A DNA stretch of 64,000 nt from Octopus sinensis (lineage: Eukaryota). A program made the translations under genes and the position numbers. The notes beneath the pieces are model-generated. The model was not told the DNA's origin, ran no database searches, and saw nothing but the letters and a program-made list of their open reading frames with translations. Position 1 is the stretch's first letter. Every line of letters starts with the position of its first letter. Shown here piece by piece: positions 49,880 to 62,113 of the stretch. The DNA lies in assembly GCF_006345805.1 (NCBI RefSeq), contig NC_043015.1, positions 12,276,001-12,340,000 on the forward strand, given 5' to 3'.

Positions 49880-51371
49880 CAGTAAGAAAATTCTAATTTC
49901 ATGACAAATTGCTTCATAACTTAATATCACTTGAATAATTTATATTTAAGAACCAAGGTCTAGAATCAAAAGGCCTTAGGGTTAACCTAGCAAAAACCAA
50001 AGTTTTAGTAAGTAGGAAGGCTGACAAATCACAAATCCCTTCAAGTAGATGGCTTTGCTTGATCTGTAGAAAAGGTGTGGGTAGAAACTCCATACGATGC
50101 ACCCGGTGTAAGCTACAGACACATAAAATGTGCAGCAATATCAAAGGAAGGTTAACTGGGAAGATAGTTTTTGTGTGTGGAAGATGCACAGGAGTAATAA
50201 ACACAAGATACTCAGAAAACAGATTCCATCACATGCCAGGGGGAAAAAACTAGAAGTAGTTAATAGCTTCCGCTACCTAGATGATCAAATCTGTAGTGGG
50301 GGTGGTTGCTCTGAGTGTATAGTGGCTAGAATAAGAGTAACCTGGGCAAAGTTTGGGGAGCTACTACCTCTGCTGACAACTAAGGGCCTCTCGCTTGGGA
50401 TGAAAGATACATTGTATGATGCATGTGTGCGAACTGCAATGCTACATGGCAGTGAAACATGGGCCATGACTGCTGAGTACATGCGTAGGCTTGAAAGAAA
50501 TGAAGCATGTATGATCCACTGGATGTGTAATGCTAGTGTGCATACACAACAGAGTGTAAGCGCCCTGATAGAAAAGCTGGACACAAGAAGCATCAAATGT
50601 AGTGTGCAAGAGAGACGCCTGCGCTGGTATGGTCATGTGTTATGTATGGATGAGGACAGCTGTGTGAGGAAGCACCACTCCTTTGGAAGGAACCTGTGGA
50701 AGAGGTAGATCAAGGTAGACCTGGGATGAGGTGGTGAAGAATGACCTTCGAACATTGGGTTTCACAGAAGCGATGACAGGAGACCGAGACTTTTGGAGAT
50801 ATGCTGTGATTGAGAAGATCCGGCAAGTAAAGTGAGATTACAGCCATGGCTGATGCCAGTGTTGCATGACCATCCCATTTAAGAGTACCCTTGATGCGTC
50901 AGGCAATATGATATACTTGAGAAGACCTGTTGAGTCAAATAAAACCAAAATCATAGCTGTGGCCAGTATTCCCTGACTGGCTCCCATGCCAGTGGCACAT
51001 TAAAAGCACCATCTGAATGTGGTCGATGCTAGGTCGACCTGACTGGCTCCCATGCCAGTAGTATGCAAAATGCAACATCCGAACGTGGCCAATGCCAGTA
51101 CCCTCTGATTGGCTCCCATGCCAGTGGCATACAAAAAGCACTATCTGAACAAGATCGATGCCAGACCCACCTTACTGGCTCCTGTGCCAGTGGCACGTAT
51201 AAAGCACCCACTACACTCTCAGTGTGCTTGGCATTATGAAGGGTATCCAGCTGTAGAAACATAGCCAGATCAGATTGGAGCTTGGTGCATCCGCTGGCTC
51301 TCTAGACCTCAGTCAAACTGTCCAACCCATGCCACTATGGAAAATGGTCATTAGATGATGATGATGATGAT

Positions 51372-51420
<49 letters not shown>
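49880..51420 (+). mobile_element. 5'-truncated RTE LINE (RT end, Cys-rich insert, C-terminus, 3'UTR, (GAT)n)
   Basis: KGLRVNLAKTKV...CRKGVGRNSIRCTRC...LEVVNSFRYL...LYDACVRTAMLHGSETW...RRLRWYGHV; same family as 8727-9605. Confidence 0.9.
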
Positions 51421-51441
<21 letters not shown>

Positions 51442-51775
51442 GATAAATAAATTATTTACATGCCTGCATTCATGCAAAATGCAAAAATCCTTCAAAATAA
51501 TGCAGAATTTAAGCTATGCCTTCAGGTGAAAGAAAGTCTTTCTTAAATAATAGATTCTTGATGTACTGTTCCTATAGGAATTGTAAGTCAAAATTTTAAA
51601 ATATTATGGAAGACAATCATAATAAAGTTGATATAAATTGAGAAGATTTTCTAATAAATAGAAGGGAATTTTAGCTATATATAAAAGTAACTAATAGATA
51701 TTATTAGTACAACAAAAGAAAAGAAATATACTTAATAAAAATCGAGAAAATAAAAGATCGCAAACATAGAGAAAA

Positions 51776-51818
<43 letters not shown>

Positions 51819-52108
51819 TAAAACTAAATAAAAGTATTTAGAGACGATATTTATGAAATATAGGGATTGATATCAACAAGAAAATGTGCACAATATTAAA
51901 TTTTAAAAATTAGAAATTTGAAGGTATAAGTATTTTTTTAAAATTCGCAGAAAGTATGGAAGACAAATGGGAACAAAATCAACATAACCAATGAAATGAA
52001 ACAGTCCACCAAAATGAGAAGGGAGATCCATCAAGATTTCAAGAAATAATTATTAGATAGCAATAATAAATCTCTGAACGATATGTAAACAGTAACTGCT
52101 CGACAACG

Positions 52109-52474
52109 TAAAGTATACTAGCCATCTCAATATGGCTAACCACTAAGGGTGGGTGTTACTGTAGCTTTTAGCCCCAGGAGATCATCGTCTCCAGCTGACT
52201 TTAGGCACACTTTCTAGAAAAACAATAAGTATTTGCAAACAGGTCTCCCTTTCATTGTAAACCGGTGACTGCCGTACGCCGAAGACAGGCAAATACCTAG
52301 AAACTGCAGTCCGTGCGTGTCACTTAGGTTGACGAGGGAGGGATGACCTCCCTTTGAAAATAACATAAGTGCACAGAAGTGTGCCTAAAGCCAGCTGGAG
52401 ATCTCCTGGGGCTAAAAGCTACAGTAACACCCACCCTTAGTGGTTAGCCATATTGAGATGGCTAGTATACTTTA
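52109..52474. repeat. Inverted repeat (about 100-bp arms, 52109-52212 and 52377-52474) enclosing a hammerhead
   Basis: taaagtatactagccatctcaatatggctaaccactaagggtgggtg... is paired by ...cacccacccttagtggttagccatattgagatggctagtatacttta. Confidence 0.9.
52265..52323 (+). ncRNA. Type I hammerhead ribozyme (U4C core variant) with extended stem I
   Basis: GTGAC-tgc-CGTACG-CCGAAGA-cAGGcaaataCCTa-GAA-ACTGCAGT-C-CGTGCG-t-GTCAC; palindromic stem III, GUC triplet (cleavage after 52311). Confidence 0.7.
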
Positions 52475-53059
52475 AATTATTAGATAGTTTTAGTATAAAG
52501 AAAGGAAATTCATATATTTATAAAGACAGAATTTACATAATATAGAGTTTGATATCAACAAAAAAATTATTAAATTAAAGATTAAAGGTTCATATATATA
52601 TAAGTAAATAGGTTATGATGTAAGATAAAATTAATATAATTTGATAATGTAGATAAGGATAGATTAAAGCATATAATGTAAGTATATGGAAAAACAATAT
52701 TAATATACATTCATTAGATATTCTTTAAAATACATGATTATAATCATAATGTAAATATATATCTTTTATGTTACCTCTTTCAGTCACTAGACTGCAGTCA
52801 TGTTGGGTGTCAGCTTGGAAAGTTTTAGATAATAAAAAAATTGATCCCGATACTCTGCAGATCTTATTCAGTGAAATGACTAACACTAGTTGTCAAGGCA
52901 AAATGGAGAGACAAGCATAAATATAAATACACACACACACGCATGCACACATGCACATACACACACAAGCTTACATGCATTTATACATAAATAGGTGTGG
53001 GCATGATAAATTCTTGGAATTGATAATGAAAGTAATTTTTCAAAGAAAATAACAAACAG

Positions 53060-53470
53060 GTGCAGGAGTGGCCGTGTGGTAAGTAGCTTGCTAACCAACC
53101 ACATGGTTCCGGGTTCAGTCCCACTGCGTGGCATCTTGGGCAAGTGTCTTCTGCTATAGCCACAGGCCGACCAAAGCCTTGTGAGTGGATTTGGTAGGTG
53201 GAAGCTGAATGAAGTCTGCCGTATATATGTATATATATATATGTGTGTGCGTGTATGTTTGTGTGTCTGTGTTTGTCCAGCTAGCATTGCTTGACAACCG
53301 ATGCTGGTGTGTTTACGTCCCCGTTACTTAGCGGTTCGGCAAAAGAGACCGATAGAATAAATACTGAGCTTACAAAAGAATAAGTCCCGGGGTCGAGTTG
53401 CTTGATTAAAGGCGGTGCTCCAGCATGGCTGCAGTCAAATGACTGAAACAAGTAAAAGAGTAAAAGAGTA
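53060..53470 (+). mobile_element. tRNA/CORE-type SINE (family 2), full length
   Basis: Head gcaggagtggccgtgtggtaag...ggttcagtccc (A/B box-like), CORE-like block, central microsatellite and tail gactgaaacaagtaaaagag. Confidence 0.85.
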
Positions 53471-53832
53471 AACAAGTTTACATTTCCTGTAATAATATTG
53501 ACCTTGTTAAAGAAATTGAAATAATTGCTAGGAGCATGTTTATTTTTCAGTTGTTTCAGTTATTAGACCACAGCCATACTGGAGCTGTGCCTCAGGGTGT
53601 TTAGCTGAACACATTGAATCCAGTACTTATTTTTATTAATCCTAGCTCTCCTTCTATGTTTTGTTTTGTTTTTTAATTCTTTGCCAAAGCTACTAAATTA
53701 TGGGGAAATAAACAAACCAACACTTGTTGTCACACAATGGTATGTGATAAGCGCAAACACAGAGACACAGACTTACATACATACATTTGTAAATATATAT
53801 TTGTATGTGTATATATGTATATATATTATATA

Positions 53833-53867
<35 letters not shown>

Positions 53868-54025
53868 TCGTATATATATACATATATATATATGTATGCA
53901 TACACACACATACACATATATGTATACATCTATCTATCTATCATATATATATATATATAATGATAGATCAACAAAAAAGTACTCCATCTGCTGAGAAATA
54001 AATATATTTATATATGTATGTATGC

Positions 54026-54072
<47 letters not shown>

Positions 54073-54170
54073 CCATCCAACCCGTGCCATCCGTCCAACC
54101 CGTGCTAGCACGGAAATGGACGTTAAACGATGATGATGATGATGATGATGAGATATATATATATATATAT

Positions 54171-54500
54171 ACTAGCAGTATCGCCCGGCGTTGCTCGGGT
54201 TTGTTTCAACCCGCTGGAATTGTAATTTTGAAAAGTAAAAATTTTGTGAACATTTTTCTGGTCGAAATACACCGAAAAGTGGCGACACAGCAGTGAAAAA
54301 ATCGTAAAAAATAGGGATTTTCATAGAAAAAAGCATCTTTTTGATGTAAATAATTTTTGGTGTTAACATGGTCCGATTTGAATTTTATGTTCTACGGAAG
54401 GAAGAGCAACCCTTCTTCTACCATACTCTCAATTTTGGTCAACTTGCGCCGCAGGGTCTCGGAGGAGATAGTGTTAGTTGAAGGTTACCATTCTAGGTGC
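54171..54500 (+). mobile_element. HINE/DINE-1-like element
   Basis: actagcagtatcgcccggcgttgctcgggtttg 5' terminus, shared with 55836. Confidence 0.6.
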
Positions 54501-54949
54501 CTGAGTAACAACCTCGCGGATTTACAGATAAATGAATTAATTACTATTTTACAGAATAAAATTAAATAATTCTTGAAAATTAATTAATATTAATATTTTT
54601 TGAACAAAGTAAATAATTTTTAAAACTTAAATAATAATTTTTTTTACACAAACGCGAACGGGGAAAAGGGGGTGGCAAATTCGATTTACATACCTAAATT
54701 TTTTCTTTTTCATGACATTGTAGCAAAATAGTAGTGAATTATATAAATACCAGCAGTACATTTTTTTTCTGGGGTATTTTTTTTCAACCTCGTCACATAT
54801 TTTCCCCTTTCAATTTAAACAAAGTCTTAATTAAGCAATTACGGCAGCTTAGCAATGGTTTCAATACAGGCGTGACATCTGTATCTCAATTGTTCAAAAC
54901 CCTTCGAATTTTTTCGCACGTGATGATATCATAGTGAAAACTTTCAATT

Positions 54950-55835
54950 ACGCGCGCTTAGAAGTACGCTCGCAAATTAATACTACCAAAATTTTGAAGT
55001 TCGCGCTCCGCTTGTGTGTGTGTGTGTGTGCGTGCTTTAGGTGTACGTAGGTATGTGTTTTTGTGTGTGTATGTCACTGAAGCCATACATACATATATAC
55101 ATACATAACCTCTCTCTCTCTTTTCTCTCTCAGTCACTCACTACAAAAAGTGAATAAAAAAAGTTCAGTTATTTCTGTCTTTCACTCTGTCTGTCTCTTT
55201 ACACACACTAACAAAAGCACTTCACTTACACACCACACTTTCTGTGTCGCACAACCCATCAAACACACACACACACACACACACACTCACGCACGCACAC
55301 ATGTACATCAATGCTTTCGGAGTGAAATGTTAAAATATTGAGTTTTCTTGAATTTTGTCTTAATTGGGGGTGAAATTGAAAGAAATATATTATGGCATGA
55401 CCGAATGGAGTACTTTGAAAAATCTTAGGTAAACTCTAATTGAAGAAATTGTGTGAGGAGTAAATCGTTATGTATTTATTTGTTTCTGTTTGCTGTGTTT
55501 TTTTATTTTTTGAGTAGTGGTTTAAATACTTTCAGTTTAGTCTTCCTCAAATCACTCTGTCGCTATTTACTTTCATTTTATTCGTTGCACGCTGTGTGTG
55601 TGCGTGTGCGTGTGGTGTAAACCACAATAAGAAAAGCATTTGACATACACACCAGAATGTGAGTTTTCTGTAAATTTTGCTTAATTGGAGTTTAAATTTT
55701 AAAAAACTGGACCTGGCATGACCCGATGCATTCTACTCTTAAAAATGCTAGGTAAATTGTAATTGAAGAAATCCTATATTGTAGATTTCTATAAGTTACA
55801 AAGGGAGGCAGATAAAATCTGCCTTTTATAAGAGA
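54950..55835 (+). mobile_element. Helentron-type non-autonomous element with 3' hairpin
   Basis: Ends ggcagat-aaa-atctgcc followed by ttttataagaga; its last ~300 bp are repeated at 57335-57643. Confidence 0.55.
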
Positions 55836-56472
55836 CTAGCAGTATCGCCCGGCGTTGCTCGGGTTTGTAAGGGAAATAACTATATAAGCATTTTTAGAGA
55901 GTTATAGCCAAAAAATAGCAAAAAATGCATTAAAAATGGAAAAAATATGATGGTAAATTTTTTTTAAATCGTTGACTCATCGTAGACATTTTTAGAGAGT
56001 TACTTCCCTTATATAATAGCGAAAAAATGCATTAGAATGGAAAAAAAACGATGGTAAATTTTTTTTTAAATCGTAGACTCATGTAGACGCTTTCTTAGCC
56101 ATTTCTCTTTTGGTGTCTTCAAGCCATGAAGTCGTTGTTCTAAAAGAACACTGGTCACCTTGACAACGCATTATGACGTTGATTTCCTTACACTCCCTTC
56201 CCCACAGGTGCAGGTGTGAGCGTGGACGCCAACTCCGCCGCCATCGACACACGAAAAATTATGCATTAAAATGGAATAAAAAATGATGTTAAATTATTTT
56301 TAAAATCGTAGACTCATCGTAGACGCGCGCTAATATTCAGACGGGCTCGATATGAATCACGACTATAAGCTACCCGAATTTGGTTAAACTGTACCGCAAA
56401 ATGTGGGAGTAGTTAGGAATCTAAATCGAAGGGGACAGACACTCACACAACTACAGTTTTATATATATAGAT
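55836..56472 (+). mobile_element. HINE/DINE-1-like element, apparently complete
   Basis: 5' actagcagtatcgcccggcgttgctcggg, internal tandem units and 3' ttttatatatatagat. Confidence 0.6.
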
Positions 56473-56559
56473 ATACATAGCGCAGTAGTGGTGAGATATG
56501 ACAGCAAAGAAAAGCATACATTCACTCTCTGCATGCAATTAGACTCGGAAAGTTCGTGA

Positions 56560-56870
56560 GGAACCCATTGACCCAATTTGCTGACTTTTCCGATAGCACA
56601 CAGGTGTCAATGAATGGTTGAATGACCAAATCCAAGCTTCTCTGCTAGTTCCTCAACAGTTACGATGATATTTTGTTCCACCAGGGTTTTCAGGATGTCC
56701 TTGTCGAGTTCTACAGATCTTTCAGGATGAGGCTCGTCTTCTAGGCTGTAGTTTATGGCTCGGGATTTCTGGAACCACCATTGACACTGCCTTACGCTTA
56801 TTGTCCAATCCCCATATACTGCATTAATATTTCTTGTACTTCGCACACATTTATATTCTGTTATTCTTTA
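56560..56870 (-). mobile_element. mariner (Mos1-like) transposase N-terminal fragment
   Basis: TRNINAVYGD.TISVRQCQWWFQK...SLEDEPHPERSVELDKDILKTLVEQN..VTVEELAEKLGFGHSTI. Confidence 0.85.
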
Positions 56871-56905
56871 TATGTTTCAGCCTTGAGGTTGTGGCCATGC
56901 TGGAT

Positions 56906-56936
<31 letters not shown>

Positions 56937-57334
56937 CTATCTGTCTGTCTGTCTGTATGTATATATGTATATGTATGTGTGTGAACAATAATATTTTCAA
57001 CAGATGTGTTGCAAATGTATCTGATTGTTCTCAAGCTTCAATACTGTGTGTGTGTGTATGTGTGTGTGTGTATGTATGTATGTATATGTATGTATGTATA
57101 TATATGTATGTATGTATGTATGTGTGTATGTATGTGTGTGTATGTATGTGTGTGTATGTGTGTGTGTATGTATGTATGTATGTATGTATGTATGTATGTA
57201 TGTATGTATGTATGTATGTATGTATGTTTACTTTATTACTAATTACTCTCTTCCAAGAACATTTTCACTCACTCTTAGCTCTTAGCTTCCCATACATTTT
57301 ACTCATGTATCTATCAGCGTCATAGACAGAATAC

Positions 57335-57643
57335 TTTCACTTTAGTCTTCCTCAAATCACTCTGTCGCTATTTACTTCCATTTTATTCGTTGCCCACTGT
57401 GTGTGTGCGTTTGCGTGTGGTGTAAACCAGACTAAGAAAAGCATTTGACACACACACCAGAATGTGAGTTTTCTGTAAATTTTGCTTAATTGGGAGTTTA
57501 AATTTTAAAAACTGGACCTGGCATGACGCGATGCATTGTACTCTCAAAAATGCTAGGTAAATTGTAATTGAAGAAATCCTATATTGTAGATTTGTATAAC
57601 TCCCAAAGGGAGGCAGATAAAATCTGCCTTTTATAATAAGAGA
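57335..57643 (+). mobile_element. 3' copy of the Helentron-type element
   Basis: Direct repeat of about 55530-55835, including the ggcagataaaatctgcc hairpin. Confidence 0.6.
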
Positions 57644-57883
57644 TTTCTCTGCTTTTTACCTTCCTTGTTTTCATATACATTTGCTGCTTTCTTCCAAGGA
57701 ATCTAATGCTCTTAGCTTAGGTCTTACTTGGGGCTGGTCAGATTGGAGCAATCTCGAGTATAATCAGCCAAAATTGCAAAAATAATCTCGTACTCAACTG
57801 AGGAAAGAAAACTCCGAATGACCCATCCTTGTTTTCTTTGTATCATCTACCTGGATGTTTTGTTGTCCCATTTTGTATTGTCT

Positions 57884-57957
<74 letters not shown>

Positions 57958-57974
57958 ACACACACACACATATA

Positions 57975-58010
<36 letters not shown>

Positions 58011-58024
58011 TGTATGTATGTATG

Positions 58025-58100
<76 letters not shown>

Positions 58101-58102
<2 letters not shown>

Positions 58103-58406
58103 GAGGCGCAATGGCCCAGTGGTTAGGGTGGCGGACTCGCGGTCGTAGGATCACGGTTTTGATTCCCAGACCGGGCATTGTGAGTGTTTATTGAGTGAAA
58201 ACACCTAAAAGCTCTACGAAGCTCCGGCAGGAGGTGGTGATCCCTGCTGTACTCTTTCACCACTCTTTCTCCCACTCTATCTTCTGTTGGTCTGCTCGCT
58301 TAGCCAGCGGGGTGGCGTTATTTGAAGGCTAAAACAATGCGAACACATTGTGACCAGCAATGTGTAACTACATCTGATGGACTGGTCAGTCATGTGATCA
58401 CGTGAT
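58101..58406 (+). mobile_element. tRNA-derived SINE (family 3)
   Basis: A box tggcccagtgg, B-box-like ggttttgattcc, non-tRNA body, flanked by (TA)n. Confidence 0.7.
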
Positions 58407-58425
58407 ATATATATATATATACACA

Positions 58426-58461
<36 letters not shown>

Positions 58462-58564
58462 TGTATGTATGTATGTATGTATGTATGTATGTATGTATGA
58501 ATATAAATTATGTAAATGTCTAATGAACTGGAAATTATGTAGTAAATATATATATATGTATAGA

Positions 58565-59235
58565 CCTGTGTATTTACATGAGTAATGATGCAACCTTTCA
58601 TGTGCATGTTAAAAAATTGGCAATGAAATGTAGGCAGCTGACCAGATGGATTCTTAGAACCTTTAGAACAATGATGGTCCTCTGGAGGACACTTGTCCTA
58701 AACCACTTTGACTATTGCTCTCAGCTATGGTCACCATCCAGTGTCAAGTTAATCACATAACTTGAAGCGATCTAATGAAGCTACACGAAGAAGATAGCCT
58801 CTATGCAGCATATAAGCTTCTGGGAAAGACTCAAGAGATTAAGACTCTATTCCTTAGAGCGTAGGCGAGAAAGATATGCCATAATATACATCTGGAGGAT
58901 CCTAGAAGGACTTGTCCCAAACTTTGGCATCAAGAGTTACACAAACACTAGAACTGGGCGCCACTGCATAATGCCAAGAACTCCAAATTTGCCATCAAGA
59001 TGTAGGACAAGATACTGTGACAGCCTGGGTTCAGAGGTCCACAGCTCTTCAATATCCTCCCGAAGGACCTGAGAGACCTGTATGGGGAGGATGCAGATGT
59101 CTTTAAAATAAAACTGGATCTCTTCCTGTCAGGTGTCCCAGATGAACCAACTTCATGGCAGGAGGTGCAGATGTGGGCAGCTGCATCGAACTCTCTCATG
59201 CACCAAATGGCAATTGCTAAAAAGCATTTGTGAAG
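58565..59235 (+). mobile_element. CR1-group LINE 3' fragment
   Basis: LVLNHFDYCSQLWSP...WERLKRLRLYSLERRRERYAIIYIWRILEGLVPN...GPQLFNILP...KLDLFLSGVPDEP...AASNSL. Confidence 0.9.
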
Positions 59236-59559
59236 TAAAATCATGGAGCAACACCAAATGGCGGTGCCCCAGCATAGCCACAGCTTGTGAGCTGAAACTA
59301 GATTAAATAAAAAAAAAATAAAATAAAATATATATATATATTATATGATCAAATGCCACGCATTTTTATCTTAATAATTACGATGCGCACTCTTCTATCT
59401 CTTCTCTGTCTATCTCTCTCCCTCTCTTGTTCTTCATCCTTTCTGATTTTCTCTTCCACCCTTCCCTAAAATTCTCCTCTCCTCTTCACCGTTCCCTCTC
59501 TTTCACTCCTCCTCCTCGACTCTCTCGTTGCTGACAGGTGACGAAAGAAATCTATCTTT

Positions 59560-59790
59560 CTTATTTCTTTACTGCTCACAAGGGGCTACACAGAAGGGAC
59601 AAACAAGGACAGACAAACGGATTAAGTCGATTGTATCGACCCCAGTGTGTAACTGGTACTTATTTAATCGACCCCGAAAGGATGAAAGGCGAAGTCGACC
59701 TCAGCGGTATTTGAACTCAGAACGTAGCGGCAGACGAAATACCGCTTAGCATTTCGCCCGTCATGCTAACGTTTCTGCCAGCTCGCCGCT
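59560..59790 (-). mobile_element. SINE family 1
   Basis: Family core in reverse orientation. Confidence 0.8.
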
Positions 59791-60002
59791 ATCTTTCTGC
59801 CCACTACCTTCCTGAAGACAAAATATGCTTATACGGTCTCCTCTCATAAGCTCGTCTTCCTAGCAAGGGGGTACAAGGAATAAATTCGACTAAAGGTGGT
59901 GCTCCAGCATGACCAAAACAAGTAAAGCAATAAAAAAACATACCATTTTAATCTTGAGCAACACCGGGTATCTTTGCTAGTATATATATATATATATATA
60001 TA

Positions 60003-61210
<1,208 letters not shown>

Positions 61211-61529
61211 GTGGCAATATACATACATATATATATATAGTAAGTAATTAAAAACGCTTAAATCTCGAAACGCGTCTGTGGCTAATCAGAGTCGTGTTGA
61301 TTCATTGTTTTTCTCTTTGCCTACGTAAATAAGTGTGTTACGGTCGTGAAAATTCTTACAGTAGTCGAAAATGAATTTTTAACTCCTATTTCTAAATTCG
61401 GTATGTAATTATAATTATAATTACGAACGTAACTGAGATGAAATATGACATAAATAACAGAGACAAACGAAATATACACCGCCTATAGTTGTTGTTGACA
61501 AACAACAGTAATTTTATTCAGCTGAATAC

Positions 61530-61722
61530 ACGTCATTGATTGGTTGAAATTACCGAAATACGACAACTTTAACACGAAATAACTTCGTAAATAGAAATTT
61601 TTCTCAATAACGCTAAGAGTAAAAGATGTTTTATATAACACAATCTTCCAGTGTCCGAAGTTTGAAAGTGTTTAGTTACAAAAAATTAATTTCTCAATCT
61701 GCCGGTGAAAGTGAAAAGAACC
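61530..61722 (+). mobile_element. Diverged 3' half of the Merlin-like MITE family
   Basis: cgtcattgattggttgaaatt...ttttctcaataa...aaaagatgtttta...gtgaaaagaacc aligns with 12980-13171. Confidence 0.65.
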
Positions 61723-62113
61723 AATTGCTCTTTTGGTTAATTCTTATTTGTAACAATTTAAATACTACTTTCATTTTGGACATTCCTTCGATATGACTCG
61801 ACGAATTCAAAACATCAGTTCGGCTGTTTCCGTGAACAGCTTAAAAACATGTGGCCAACTGTCATGAAATGGGAGGAGGATAAGAAAGCTCATGGGTTGT
61901 ACGTGTGTCATTTTGAGGTCTTACGCAATTGAGAATATTTTCAAAGGCTCCGTAATAGGAAACAAACATTTTCATGAAAATTATTTCACGTAAGCTCTCA
62001 AGTGGGTTTTCTGGTTTTGAAGGTGAGATTTGAGGGCAGTCGTTGCGAGGCGGCAGAAACTATTGCTTCAGTTATCAAACCCGGAACTAAATTCAAGACA
62101 TTTCATTGCTGCA

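Noticed and set aside
58101-58175. tRNA gene
   Set aside because: A/B boxes are present but there is no clean cloverleaf and it continues into a repeat body, so it is a SINE head
61264-61281. ctcGAAACGCGTCtgtgg, the 3' half of a hammerhead upstream of the caspase
   Set aside because: The 5' half (CUGANGA and stem I) is missing; noted only as a Penelope-type fragment
61915-61930. C/EBP-like site ttacgcaat near the caspase
   Set aside because: A single short motif with no TSS or conservation evidence
62030-62113. N-terminal extension from the TTG start given in the ORF track
   Set aside because: Non-ATG start with no domain similarity; the ATG at 62114 gives a typical short effector-caspase prodomain
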